IMG/VR virus record: IMGVR_UViG_3300026512_000003 | Span: 101,428 to 165,427 of that record | DNA: 64,000 nucleotides | Direction: 5' to 3' (one strand) | DNA from: a virus | Shown: positions 8,857 through 18,809 of the stretch, piece by piece | Numbering within the stretch: the first letter of the stretch is position 1 | Layout: each line of letters starts with the position of its first letter | Made by a program: the position numbers and the translations under genes | Notes under the pieces: generated by a model | Told to the model about the DNA's origin: nothing | The model's database searches: none | The model's input: only the letters and a program-made list of their open reading frames with translations

Positions 8857-11153
8857 GTGAATTAGAAAAACTTTTCGAGAACCCACCAATAACACAAGTT
8901 ACAAAAAAAGGTGGTTATTTAGCAAATGTAGACATGAGTAAAATCACAGAAGAAGCAAAAGGTGCTTGTAAGGATTTGGAGCATGTTAATTATGAAGAAT
9001 TAATAATTGATGCACACATTTCATGGAAAGAAGGAATGACAACTTCTGAACTTCAAGAAGTGTTAATAAAAACAGCAATAAATAAAATCAGTGCAGAAAG
9101 ATCTAGTTGGACATTTGTTGCAGCAAGACTCACTTTAAGGAGGATGTATCATGATGTTGGAAGGTTGTATGGTAACAAGAAGGGTAAAAGATATCCTTCG
9201 CTAGAGCAATATATAAAAGTTGCAATGTCTACAGGAAAATACCACAAATCGTTTTGGAAAAAATTTGATTTAGAGTTATTAAACAAACAGATTGATGAGA
9301 CAAGAGATCTCCAGTTTAATTATCTTGGAATAAAAACATATTTAGATAGATATGCTATATGCAATATGAAAGGTGCCTTGGTAGAACTTCCTCAACATAT
9401 GTTTATGGGAATTGCAATGTTTTTAGCCCAAAAAGAGGATGATTGTAATAAGTGGGCAATAATTTTTTACAACAAAATAAGTAAGTTTAATGTCATGCTT
9501 GCAACCCCAACACTGTCTAATGCAAGATTAAACAGACATCAATTATCAAGTTGTTTTGTTGGAGGACACTCAGATAGTTTAAGTGATATTTTTAGAGGAT
9601 ATGACACAAAAGCAACAATTTCAAAATACGGAGGTGGAATAGGATGGGATTGGACTCAGACAAGAGCCTCTGGTGGTGATATTGATGGTTATATTGGCGT
9701 GGCAAAAGGTACAACATCTTTTCTTAAAATTGATAATGACATTGCTATTGCTGTAGATCAGCTTGGTGTAAGAAAAGGAAGCTTTGCTCCGTATATGCAG
9801 GATTGGCATATGGATATTTTCGAGTTTTTAAAACTTAAAGAGGCAGGTGGTGAAGATAGAAAAAGAGCGAGGGACCTAAACCTTGCTTTATGGATGTCAG
9901 ATGAATTTATGAGAAGAGAATCTGAAAATAAGGATTGGACATTATTTGATCCAGCAGAAGTTCCACATTTGAATGAGCTTCATGGTGATGCTTTTACGGT
10001 AGCATATTTGAAAGCTGAAAAAGATCCTACTCTTAGAAAAAGAGTAGTTCCTGCAAGATTGATTTTCGGAGAAGCGATGAGGCTTGCTTTTAAATTTGGT
10101 ATGCCATTTATAGGTTTTAAAGATGCTGTAAATAAAGGCAATATGAATTCAAATACAGGGATAATAAGATGCTCTAACTTGTGTACAGAAATACTTCAAG
10201 TAACCGAACCATCAAAAGATATTATAAAAATAACTTTTAATGATAATGAAAAAAGAGAATATCTTGAAAAAACAAGGCTGAAATCTGTAAAAGCTAAAGA
10301 TATTGAGCTAGGTGATATTATAGATGGTAAAATAGTTACTAAAAAAGAAAGCTCTTTTACTAAAGAAAGGATGGCAATATGTAATCTTGGTTCTGTCCAT
10401 TTAGCTAAATATGTAAAGAGTGCTCTTGCTGAAAGAAAAGATACTATTTTTACAATGATTAGAATGCTCGATAATGTTATAGATAATAATTTGTACACAA
10501 AAGACTCCATAAGAGACACAGCTTTTGCAACTAGAGCTATTGGAATGGGTGTGATGGGAGAGATGGAAGCTCTTGCTGATGCAAAAATTTACTTTGGAAG
10601 CGAAGAGCATTTGCTGTGGATAGATGAGGTTTATTCGGAAATAAGAAAATTTGCAGAAGAAGCGTCTCAAACTCTAGCAAAAGAAAAAGGTGTTTTCCCA
10701 GAATATTCTATGTCTGATTGGGAGAAACCAATGAGAAATGCGTATTTGATGGCAATCGCCCCAACAAGTTCAATAGCTATTTTTGTTGGGACAACTAACT
10801 GTATTGAGCCTGTTTTTGATAGATTCTGGTATGAGGAGAATATGGAAGGAATTGTTCCTATGACTGCTCCAGGGCTAAATGTAGAAAACTACGCATACTA
10901 TCAGTCTGCTTACGATATACCTTTTGAAAAACAAGCAGTTGCAGTAGCTACGAGACAAAAGTATATAGATCAAGGACAGTCATTTAATATACATATAAGA
11001 CCTGATGACATAAAAGAAGTTAGTGACATGGCAAAAATGTATAGATATGCATGGATGCTAGGTATAAAAACAATATATTATGTGCGATCTCAAGCACCAG
11101 AAGCTGACAATTTAGTAATAGATAGAAAAATGGAGTGTACAGGATGTCAATAG
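8853..11153 (+). CDS. nrdA: Class Ia ribonucleotide reductase alpha subunit with ATP-cone
   Basis: ATPTLSNAR, LSSCF, SNLCTEI, CNLGS, AIAPTSS, TIYYVRS, C-terminal CTGCQ. Confidence 0.97.
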   Translation: MSELEKLFENPPITQVTKKGGYLANVDMSKITEEAKGACKDLEHVNYEELIIDAHISWKEGMTTSELQEVLIKTAINKISAERSSWTFVAARLTLRRMYHDVGRLYGNKKGKRYPSLEQYIKVAMSTGKYHKSFWKKFDLELLNKQIDETRDLQFNYLGIKTYLDRYAICNMKGALVELPQHMFMGIAMFLAQKEDDCNKWAIIFYNKISKFNVMLATPTLSNARLNRHQLSSCFVGGHSDSLSDIFRGYDTKATISKYGGGIGWDWTQTRASGGDIDGYIGVAKGTTSFLKIDNDIAIAVDQLGVRKGSFAPYMQDWHMDIFEFLKLKEAGGEDRKRARDLNLALWMSDEFMRRESENKDWTLFDPAEVPHLNELHGDAFTVAYLKAEKDPTLRKRVVPARLIFGEAMRLAFKFGMPFIGFKDAVNKGNMNSNTGIIRCSNLCTEILQVTEPSKDIIKITFNDNEKREYLEKTRLKSVKAKDIELGDIIDGKIVTKKESSFTKERMAICNLGSVHLAKYVKSALAERKDTIFTMIRMLDNVIDNNLYTKDSIRDTAFATRAIGMGVMGEMEALADAKIYFGSEEHLLWIDEVYSEIRKFAEEASQTLAKEKGVFPEYSMSDWEKPMRNAYLMAIAPTSSIAIFVGTTNCIEPVFDRFWYEENMEGIVPMTAPGLNVENYAYYQSAYDIPFEKQAVAVATRQKYIDQGQSFNIHIRPDDIKEVSDMAKMYRYAWMLGIKTIYYVRSQAPEADNLVIDRKMECTGCQ

Positions 11154-12253
11154 AAAAAAAATATAATATGGTTAAAGCAAGTGAAGTAACTTTAGACACA
11201 GAAATTACAGAACTTGTTTTGTTTAATCCAGAACCAACAGTGTGTAACTCTTCTGCTGCTCCTATTGGTTCAAATGTTGATGGAATTATAGACACCTCAG
11301 TTGGCCCTCAATGGGCAATGAAGCTATGGGATGTAATGAGATCAAATGACTGGTTTCCAGCAGAAGCAGATACTAGCTCAGATGGTGCAGAGTATGTAAA
11401 GCTTGACGAAGCACACAAAAGAGCATATGATTTAGCTATTTCATCTCTTATATACAACGACAGTGTTCAGACTCGCAACCTTGCAAACAACATGATACCA
11501 TATATAACTGATGGTAAAATAGTCATGGTGCTCACAAGGCAAGCCTTTGAAGAAGCAAACCACACTATTTCCTATTCGGTGTTGCTAACAGATGTTTCCC
11601 CAAATAAAGATGAAATTTATGAGCTTTATCGAAAGGACGAATTTCTCAAAGAAAGAAACCAATACTTAGATGAGCTATATGGCGAATTAGCCTATTCAAA
11701 AGGAGAAAAAACAACAGTAAGAATCTTAATTAGAGCAATGATAGCAAATAATATTTTGGAGTCTATTATGTTTTATGCAGGTTTTGTGTTTTTTTGGTAT
11801 CTTGGAATAAGAATGCCTGGGACAGCAAAAATGATTTCTTTTATTGCAAGAGATGAGAGAACTCATGTTGTGCTATTTAGGCAACTTCTTAAAAGTACAT
11901 TAAAAAGTTACCCCGGAATAGACAAAGGCGAAGTTGAACAAATGCTTAGAGAAGAAGTACATAAAGCAACAGAAAATGAAAAACGATGGCTGAAGTACTT
12001 TACGGGTGGAAAAATTGCTGAATTTTCAGAAAAAGCTATCTCTGCATATATAGAAGATAAAGCTAACCAAATTACAGAAGGATTTGGCTTTAATAAAATA
12101 TATCCAAAAATAGGATATAATCCTTTAATGGCTTTTGAAAAGGCTTACGATAAGCCAAATGAGCAAAAGACAAATCAGCTAGAAATGAATCCTACAACAT
12201 ATGATGTAAGAACACTTCCTATGGAAGATTATTTAGAAGGGGGCGAAATATGA
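11144..12253 (+). CDS. nrdB: Ribonucleotide reductase beta subunit
   Basis: NDSVQ, EEANHTISY, LESIMFYAGF, RDERTH di-iron motifs. Confidence 0.95.
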   Translation: MSIEKKYNMVKASEVTLDTEITELVLFNPEPTVCNSSAAPIGSNVDGIIDTSVGPQWAMKLWDVMRSNDWFPAEADTSSDGAEYVKLDEAHKRAYDLAISSLIYNDSVQTRNLANNMIPYITDGKIVMVLTRQAFEEANHTISYSVLLTDVSPNKDEIYELYRKDEFLKERNQYLDELYGELAYSKGEKTTVRILIRAMIANNILESIMFYAGFVFFWYLGIRMPGTAKMISFIARDERTHVVLFRQLLKSTLKSYPGIDKGEVEQMLREEVHKATENEKRWLKYFTGGKIAEFSEKAISAYIEDKANQITEGFGFNKIYPKIGYNPLMAFEKAYDKPNEQKTNQLEMNPTTYDVRTLPMEDYLEGGEI

Positions 12254-12347
12254 AAAAAATTATTGCATGCTAATTGCTTAAAAGATTTATTAATATGTGC
12301 TAGCTGAAAAGCTAGCCAAATAAACAAAAAAACAATAAGGAAAAGAA

Positions 12348-12854
12348 ATGGATTTTAGTTACACAGATGGAGTACTGAAATATAAAGGCAAAAAATGTGG
12401 GACTGCTGTTGTTTATGAGGATGGAAAGGTTGATGTAGAGATTGTTGTAAAAACAGCAAAAAAAGCATGGGATGATGCAGCCTTGACTGAACAAGAAGTT
12501 TGGGATCTTGTCGATTATAAAGTTGAAGTTGGTTTAAAAAAAGAGACAGACTCTACAACTGAAGTTGAAACAAAAACTGAAGAAGCTAAAAATGTTGAAG
12601 AAGCTAAAAATGTTGAAGAAGCTAAAAATGTTGAAGAAGTTGAAAAATCTGAAGTGAAACCAGAAAATGAACAGCTTAAAAAATTAAAAGAAAGAGCAAA
12701 AGAAGAAAATCTAGTTTTAGCAAAAACAGAAGATGGCTTATACATGCTCCTTAAACCTCAGTTCGAAGATTATGATGGAGACGATATAATTGAAGCGTCA
12801 AAACCAGAAGAACTTATTGGAAAGAGTAATATTGTTGAAATTATCGTAGGGTAA
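12348..12854 (+). CDS. Acidic hypothetical protein with EEAKNV repeats
   Basis: 168-aa ORF with RBS. Confidence 0.75.
   Translation: MDFSYTDGVLKYKGKKCGTAVVYEDGKVDVEIVVKTAKKAWDDAALTEQEVWDLVDYKVEVGLKKETDSTTEVETKTEEAKNVEEAKNVEEAKNVEEVEKSEVKPENEQLKKLKERAKEENLVLAKTEDGLYMLLKPQFEDYDGDDIIEASKPEELIGKSNIVEIIVG
12579..12638 (+). repeat. 18-bp tandem repeat x3
   Basis: gaagaagctaaaaatgtt x3. Confidence 0.9.
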
Positions 12855-12865
12855 TTTTTAGTAAA

Positions 12866-12896
12866 AAGGGGGAAGAATGTTTTCCCCTTATTTTTT
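12866..12896 (+). terminator. Intrinsic terminator
   Basis: aagggggaa-gaatgt-tttcccctt followed by atttttt. Confidence 0.7.
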
Positions 12897-12916
12897 AAGA
12901 AAATAAGGATAGATAA

Positions 12917-13288
12917 GTGGAAGAAATTAAAGTAGGAGAATTGCTTGGATTTAAAAAAAAAGGAAGTAAACAAATTTTTTTAAATCTTTGTCCACACTCA
13001 GTGGAAATACTAACTGTAGAAGGTATTTTTAGTATACCCCAAAGTGGGACAGTAGCTAGAGTTGAAAAGAGATATTGCGAGGAAAAGGTGCATTCCGGAA
13101 TTCCAATTGAATCTCCAAAATTTGGAAAAGTACATGGACTACCAGATGCGAAAGAAAATGTTATGTATATAGTATCAGGGATAGTTTTAAATGCATTAGG
13201 TGATAACAGAAAGAGAGATGTGTGTGCTATTGGAAGTAGAATAACACAGGGAAATATTAAGGTAGCAACTTCATTTAGAATATTATAG
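12917..13288 (+). CDS. NLCPH-motif protein, paralog of 2189-2587
   Basis: LNLCPH...IPQSGTVARV...GLPDAKENVMYIVSGIV...RKRDV. Confidence 0.65.
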   Translation: MEEIKVGELLGFKKKGSKQIFLNLCPHSVEILTVEGIFSIPQSGTVARVEKRYCEEKVHSGIPIESPKFGKVHGLPDAKENVMYIVSGIVLNALGDNRKRDVCAIGSRITQGNIKVATSFRIL

Positions 13289-13298
13289 AAGGACTACT

Positions 13299-14906
13299 AT
13301 GATTAGCAATTCTACAATTGAAGAATTAAAAAGCAAGATTGATGTCTTAGAAGTTGCAGAGCTATTTGTAGAGCTAAAAAAAGCGGGGAGTATATATAAG
13401 GGGCTGTCTCCTTTTGGTTTTGAGAAAACACCTTCTTTTGTTGTTTCACCATCAAAAAATATATGGAATGATTTTTCATCTGGAGTAGGTGGAGATGCAA
13501 TAAAATTATTTCAACTTGTAAACAATATGACTTTCCCTGAAGCTGTTGAAGAGCTTTGTGAAAAATATAATGTAACAATGGTTAATGACAATGTTACTAA
13601 AAATGTACTTTCTAGAAGTGAGTTAGAACAATATTCAAAATGGTGTTGTGAAAATTTGAAAAAAAGCGAAATACAAACTAAGTATTTAAAAAATCGTGGA
13701 CTAACTATAGAAACTATAGAAAAATTTCAAATAGGATTATCCCCATCTTCAAGAGAGGTTGTAGATTTTGTAAAAAGTAATTTTTTGAATGTGCAAAATT
13801 GTATAGATGTTGGGATTATAGACAATGGCGAGAGAGGTCTTTATGCCAGATTTATAGACAGAATAATGTTCCCAATTTTTGATGTAAGGGGAAAAATCTG
13901 TGGTTTTAGTGGTAGAACAATTAATGGTCATGTTGCAAAATACATTAATACTAGAGATACAGAACTGTTTAAAAAATCAGCTTTGTTATATGGGTTTAAT
14001 TTTGCAAGAGAAAAAATATCAAAAAAAAACTTTTTTATTCTGAGTGAAGGGCAAATAGATATTGCTTTGCAACATCAAGTCGGCATAAAATATGCTATAG
14101 CATCAATGGGAACAGCTCTAACAGAAATACATGTAAAAGCAATAAAGAGGGTTGCTAATAAAGGGATTGTTGCTTATGACGGGGATCCTGCTGGAATTAA
14201 GGCAGCTATAAAAGCTTGCGGATTGTTTATGAAAAACGGCGTTGAAGTTAGGGTTGTGTTGCTGGATGATGGTCAAGATCCAGCAGATATGATTTCCCAA
14301 GGAAAATCTCTAAAATATTGGGAACTTTTAAAAAAAGGAATAAAGGCAATAGATTTTTGTGTTGCGAGAATACTTGGGCAATTTGATATTAAAAACCCGT
14401 ATCAAGTAGAAGAGGCACAAAAAGAGCTTTCTCTTTTTGCAAAAAATATGCCAGAGGCAATAGAAAAAGAGATATTGAATATTGGGGAACAAAAAACAAA
14501 TTGTAAAATCCTTAAAACAGTTGAAAAGTATGTAAAACCCAAAAAAAGTACTTTGAGCTTAAAAGAAAAAGAACTTCTTAAATATGTGCTTGAAAATAAA
14601 CATGAACTTGGAAAAATAATTTCCATAAAAAAATGTTTCTCAAATATCGAAGTAATTCAACTTCTAGAAGATGGTAAATTTGAGGATACTAGGCTAACAG
14701 AAATAATACTCGATGAGGACATATGGTTACATGAGACTATTGATGAGGAGGTGTTGCTTTTTAAAATAGAATGTCTTCAAAAACATATTCAGAAACTTCC
14801 AAAAATGAAACTGTCTTCGATAAGAAGAGCAACTTTAATAAGGGATGGTCAAAATAAACTTAGAGGTTTAAGAAATGAGTTAAAGGAGCAAAGAGGTGAT
14901 AATTAG
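13299..14906 (+). CDS. dnaG: DNA primase
   Basis: EKTPSF, RIMFPI, GFSGR, AKYINT, SEGQID, SMGTALT, YDGDPAG, DPAD; Zn-finger Cys/His degenerate (LSPFGF, WNDFSS). Confidence 0.95.
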   Translation: MISNSTIEELKSKIDVLEVAELFVELKKAGSIYKGLSPFGFEKTPSFVVSPSKNIWNDFSSGVGGDAIKLFQLVNNMTFPEAVEELCEKYNVTMVNDNVTKNVLSRSELEQYSKWCCENLKKSEIQTKYLKNRGLTIETIEKFQIGLSPSSREVVDFVKSNFLNVQNCIDVGIIDNGERGLYARFIDRIMFPIFDVRGKICGFSGRTINGHVAKYINTRDTELFKKSALLYGFNFAREKISKKNFFILSEGQIDIALQHQVGIKYAIASMGTALTEIHVKAIKRVANKGIVAYDGDPAGIKAAIKACGLFMKNGVEVRVVLLDDGQDPADMISQGKSLKYWELLKKGIKAIDFCVARILGQFDIKNPYQVEEAQKELSLFAKNMPEAIEKEILNIGEQKTNCKILKTVEKYVKPKKSTLSLKEKELLKYVLENKHELGKIISIKKCFSNIEVIQLLEDGKFEDTRLTEIILDEDIWLHETIDEEVLLFKIECLQKHIQKLPKMKLSSIRRATLIRDGQNKLRGLRNELKEQRGDN

Positions 14907-15387
14907 CAATAAGTCAAACAGAGCATATAATGGGCTTTTGAATGAAATAAGAAAAAAGTTTTTTAAAGATTTTTCTGTTAAAGACTTTAGGAAGATGATA
15001 AAGCAAATGGATCCGGAATACCCAATTAATAGTGATGGTACATATATAAGTATGACTACTATTACTGAAGTACAGTTAAAAAAACATATGAGTTTTATTA
15101 AGCTATTTGCATACAAAAGAGGGTACCGAGTTGAAAGCTTAACTGAAGTGGAAAACATAATCTTTTTGGAGTCTAAAATAGATACTAGAATAATAGGAAT
15201 GCCTGTTGAAGAAGATGGAATGTATACAGCAGTAGTTGTGTGCTCTAACTGTGGTATGGCTACAAAAAAAGGACTTACTAAAAATAGGCTTAATCAACTT
15301 CGACGGATAGAAAAAAAAGAAGAAGCAGAGCAAAAAGGAGTGAATAGTTTTACTTGTATGTGTTGCTATGGAAAATATGGAGTATGA
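14896..15387 (+). CDS. Hypothetical protein, weak NinB-like N-terminus plus Zn finger
   Basis: SNKSNRAY...SMTTITEVQL..HMSFI..FA..RG; CSNC...CMCC. Confidence 0.5.
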   Translation: MIISNKSNRAYNGLLNEIRKKFFKDFSVKDFRKMIKQMDPEYPINSDGTYISMTTITEVQLKKHMSFIKLFAYKRGYRVESLTEVENIIFLESKIDTRIIGMPVEEDGMYTAVVVCSNCGMATKKGLTKNRLNQLRRIEKKEEAEQKGVNSFTCMCCYGKYGV

Positions 15388-15691
15388 CATGATTATTGTT
15401 TTTATAGTTATACTTGGCTTGGGAATTATCTTTGGTGAAAAAACATTTATGATTCTAACAGGGTTCTTTTTGTTGTTGTTCGGAATAGAATTTGTATTTA
15501 AAGGGTTAACAGAATATACTGAAGCAAAATTAAAAATCATAGGTTTCTCTTTGATAGTTATAGGGTTCTTAACAATCTTTTTAACACAATTTTTTGGGCT
15601 AGCTTTATTTGCTACAGGAATATTTGCTTGCATTAAGGTACTTATAATATGGTTGATTATTATTGAAAGGAGATATTGTGACATGGGGTAA
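15368..15691 (+). CDS. Multi-pass membrane protein
   Basis: 3-4 hydrophobic segments. Confidence 0.7.
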   Translation: MENMEYDMIIVFIVILGLGIIFGEKTFMILTGFFLLLFGIEFVFKGLTEYTEAKLKIIGFSLIVIGFLTIFLTQFFGLALFATGIFACIKVLIIWLIIIERRYCDMG

Positions 15692-16223
15692 AAAAAAATA
15701 TAAGCCAGTGGACTTAAACGAACCAAATGATAATATTGTTATATATCCCTCTCTTAATAGGGAAGTTAGACATGCATCATTTCAAAACAAAAGAAATGCT
15801 GGGGCAAAAGTAGCGATTGAGCGTGGTATGAGAAAAGTTGCAAAAAAGAATGTCCTTATAATTAAGGAATATATGAGTTTTCTACACAGTATTAGTCACA
15901 TGAATATAGAGGTTCACCATTGGAAATTAAGGAGTGAGATACAAAGAAATGACTATTTTATATGTTGCCTTACGCCTGAGGAACACAAGGCAGTTCATGC
16001 GAATGGACCGAAGAAGTTCGTAGAAGATAGAGGTATGGAAAATTTACTTTTGGATTCTGCTAATTTGTTTGCTAAATGGATACAGACTGAGGAAGCACAA
16101 AAGCACAAGAACTTCGTTGAGTATTATGGAATGCTGAAAAACATACATCAGAAGCCAACAGATTTTGAGTATGTATTAGAATGTACAAGAGATTGTGTAA
16201 ATGAAATAAGGTATAAGAGATAA
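15678..16223 (+). CDS. HNH-like (DUF968-type) protein, putative
   Basis: EVHHW...NDYFICCLTPEEHKAVH; AAGGAG before GTG 15678. Confidence 0.5.
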   Translation: MTWGKKKYKPVDLNEPNDNIVIYPSLNREVRHASFQNKRNAGAKVAIERGMRKVAKKNVLIIKEYMSFLHSISHMNIEVHHWKLRSEIQRNDYFICCLTPEEHKAVHANGPKKFVEDRGMENLLLDSANLFAKWIQTEEAQKHKNFVEYYGMLKNIHQKPTDFEYVLECTRDCVNEIRYKR

Positions 16224-16374
16224 GAGTAGAAATGAAAACCTATAATTAAATTAATGTAGGAATGGTAAAGAAAACAAGGACAGCTTCGATATTAAATAGA
16301 ATGCTGAACAAAAAAGGGTCTATTTGTAAAACAGAAGTAGATACCTAAAATATACAGTCTTAAAGGATAAATAA

Positions 16375-16647
16375 ATGGAAGTAAATAATATGAAAATAAA
16401 AAAAATAGATGACGAAATGTCTGTTGTTGAGGGTGTTATAAAAGGGGACAATGCTTTCATGTTAGCTCAAGGCTCAAAGTGCCTAATAAATGCTGAAATT
16501 ATAGATGAATTTTCTACTAGTAGTGCTTTAAAAATCACTTTTATGGGAGAAAAAGGATTAGTGACAGCGATAGTAAAGCCATGTTCAATAGCTAGAGTTG
16601 ATAGTAAAATTGGAAAAAAATTTTGTCAAATAAGTATCAGGTTGTAG
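16375..16647 (+). CDS. Hypothetical protein
   Basis: RBS; 90 aa. Confidence 0.6.
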   Translation: MEVNNMKIKKIDDEMSVVEGVIKGDNAFMLAQGSKCLINAEIIDEFSTSSALKITFMGEKGLVTAIVKPCSIARVDSKIGKKFCQISIRL

Positions 16648-16649
16648 CA

Positions 16650-17552
16650 ATGAATGTATTAAGTCTATTTAATGGAATTTCTGTAGGAAGAATGGCATTA
16701 GATAAAGCTGATATAAGTGTGTCTAGCTATTTTTCGTCAGAAATAAAACCAAATGCATTAGAATTTTGCAAAAGACATTTTCCTGAGGACGAAAAAAACT
16801 GTTTAGGAGATATCACAAAAATAGATAGTTCAAAATTGCCAAAGATTGATCTTCTTATAGGTGGTAGTCCTTGTCAAGATTTTAGTCAAGCCAATGCAAT
16901 AAGGCGTGGGGTGGAAGGGAAGAAATCAGGTCTTTTTTACGAATATGTAAGACTTTTAAATGAGCTGAAACCGAGATGGTTTTTACTTGAGAATGTTTCG
17001 ATGAAAAAAGAGCATGAAAATATTATTACCGAGGAACTTGGAGTGGAGCCAGTAGTAATCAACAGTAAGCTTGTGTCAGGGCAACTTCGCAAAAGGTTAT
17101 ATTGGACAAACATTCCACAAAATGAAGAACTCAAGGATAAGGGAATTATATTACAGGATGTATTGGACAGTGGATATACAGACAGAAAAAAAGCAAGATG
17201 CTTACTCGTGTCTGATAGTAGACCTTTGGCTACTCCTGTTAAAATGTTTCATAGATATCATGCAACAGGATTTACGACCCTTGTGTTTAAAGATAAGATT
17301 CATTACATAAAATGTATGGCACATTATAGAAAAAACTTTCCAGAAAAAACAGCGTTATCTATAGATAGAAGCAATATAGATACTAGTATTTACAATGGAA
17401 TAAGGTATTTAAATAAGAGGGAACGGGCTAGGTTGCAAAATATTGATGAAAAGTATGTAGAAAATATGGTAGAGAATGAAGTTTCTGGATTGTTAGGGGA
17501 TAGTTGGACCCTTGATGTAATAGTACACTTAATAAAAGGGATAAAAAAATGA
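16650..17552 (+). CDS. Orphan C5-cytosine DNA methyltransferase
   Basis: VLSLFNG, GGSPCQDFS, LENV, QLRKRLYW, GDSW. Confidence 0.92.
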   Translation: MNVLSLFNGISVGRMALDKADISVSSYFSSEIKPNALEFCKRHFPEDEKNCLGDITKIDSSKLPKIDLLIGGSPCQDFSQANAIRRGVEGKKSGLFYEYVRLLNELKPRWFLLENVSMKKEHENIITEELGVEPVVINSKLVSGQLRKRLYWTNIPQNEELKDKGIILQDVLDSGYTDRKKARCLLVSDSRPLATPVKMFHRYHATGFTTLVFKDKIHYIKCMAHYRKNFPEKTALSIDRSNIDTSIYNGIRYLNKRERARLQNIDEKYVENMVENEVSGLLGDSWTLDVIVHLIKGIKK

Positions 17553-18775
17553 AAATTGCAGGAATTAGGATAGAAAATTATAAAAACATAGAGTTGGCTG
17601 AGTTAGAACTAGATAGTAAAATGAATATTATTAGTGGGAAAAATGGAGCGGGCAAAAGCTCTGTAATTGAGGCTATGATAGATGCTATTAAAGGAAAACA
17701 AAGTTTAGGGAAAAACCCTGAAAGGAAAATAAACAAAGGTAAAGACAAAGCTGTAATACAGCTTGAGACAAACGAGTTGTATATAACAAGAACTATTACC
17801 CCAAAAGATGTGTATCTTAAGGCTGAGAGGATAGATGGAAAGCCTGTGACACAGACAGATTTAAACAACTTATTTGAAGAAAGTACAATTCAAATAACAA
17901 AAATGTTACATTTAAGTCCGAAGGAGCAAATCGACTTTGTTAAAGAAATTGCAAAGATAGATACTTCAGAGGTTGAAAATAAATACAAACAAGTGTATGA
18001 CGAGAGAACTTTCGACAATAGAATGCTTAAGCAAAAAAAAGCAATTCTTGATGATCTTGGCGAAGTACCAAAAGTAAAAAGTGTTGATTCTATGGAAATC
18101 AGTAATGGTCTTCAAGAAGCACTGGCGAAAAATGCTGCTATAACGAAAAAGATAACCAGGAAGAAAGAGCTTAGGGCAAAAATGGATGATACTACTTTGA
18201 AAATTGTAGAGATCCAAGCCGCTTTAAAAAAGCAAGAGGAATATCTAAAAGATCTTCAAAGACAAGAAATTGAAATAGTAGAAACAGAAGAGATGCTTAT
18301 AGACACTACTGAGTTTTCTAAAAAGCTAGAGCAGGCTGATGAAATAAACAGGCAAGCAAGAAAATATGCTGAGTATAAGAAGATTTCAATCGAAGTTATG
18401 CAGGCGAAGAAAAAAGTAGAGAAAAGAAATGATGATTTGGAAAATTTACTCAAAGAAAGAGAAGCTATTATTGCTAATGCAAATCTTCCTTTTAATGGAA
18501 TAGAATTTGATAAAAATCTTGGTGTTGTAATCAAAAGAATTCCATTTAGTGAACATTCTACAGCAGAAAAAATATCTATAATGGCGAAGATATACGCTAA
18601 GCAAAATCCATTACTCAAAGTCATATATATTAAAGACGGCTCATTGTTGGACAATGAAACGATGAAGGAAATAGTGGAAGACCAAGAGTTGGGGGATTAT
18701 CAGTTTTTGATTGAATTAGTTGGTGAAACAGAAAATTCAATCATTATAAGAGAGGGAGTTATTGTAGAGCAATAA
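17549..18775 (+). CDS. SMC/Rad50-like AAA ATPase
   Basis: GKNGAGKSS, central coiled coil, HSTAEK signature, IKDGSLLD. Confidence 0.85.
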   Translation: MKIAGIRIENYKNIELAELELDSKMNIISGKNGAGKSSVIEAMIDAIKGKQSLGKNPERKINKGKDKAVIQLETNELYITRTITPKDVYLKAERIDGKPVTQTDLNNLFEESTIQITKMLHLSPKEQIDFVKEIAKIDTSEVENKYKQVYDERTFDNRMLKQKKAILDDLGEVPKVKSVDSMEISNGLQEALAKNAAITKKITRKKELRAKMDDTTLKIVEIQAALKKQEEYLKDLQRQEIEIVETEEMLIDTTEFSKKLEQADEINRQARKYAEYKKISIEVMQAKKKVEKRNDDLENLLKEREAIIANANLPFNGIEFDKNLGVVIKRIPFSEHSTAEKISIMAKIYAKQNPLLKVIYIKDGSLLDNETMKEIVEDQELGDYQFLIELVGETENSIIIREGVIVEQ

Positions 18776-18809
18776 GTACCAATATTGTTAAATTTATTAA
18801 GGAGACGAA

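Noticed and set aside
10195-10380. Intein or intein remnant in NrdA (KAKDIELGD)
   Set aside because: No C/S start or HN-C/S/T end and only about 60 aa; as I recall, Campylobacterota NrdA proteins have a similar insertion here.
16650-17552. Complete restriction-modification system
   Set aside because: No adjacent endonuclease recognised; treated as an orphan protective methyltransferase.
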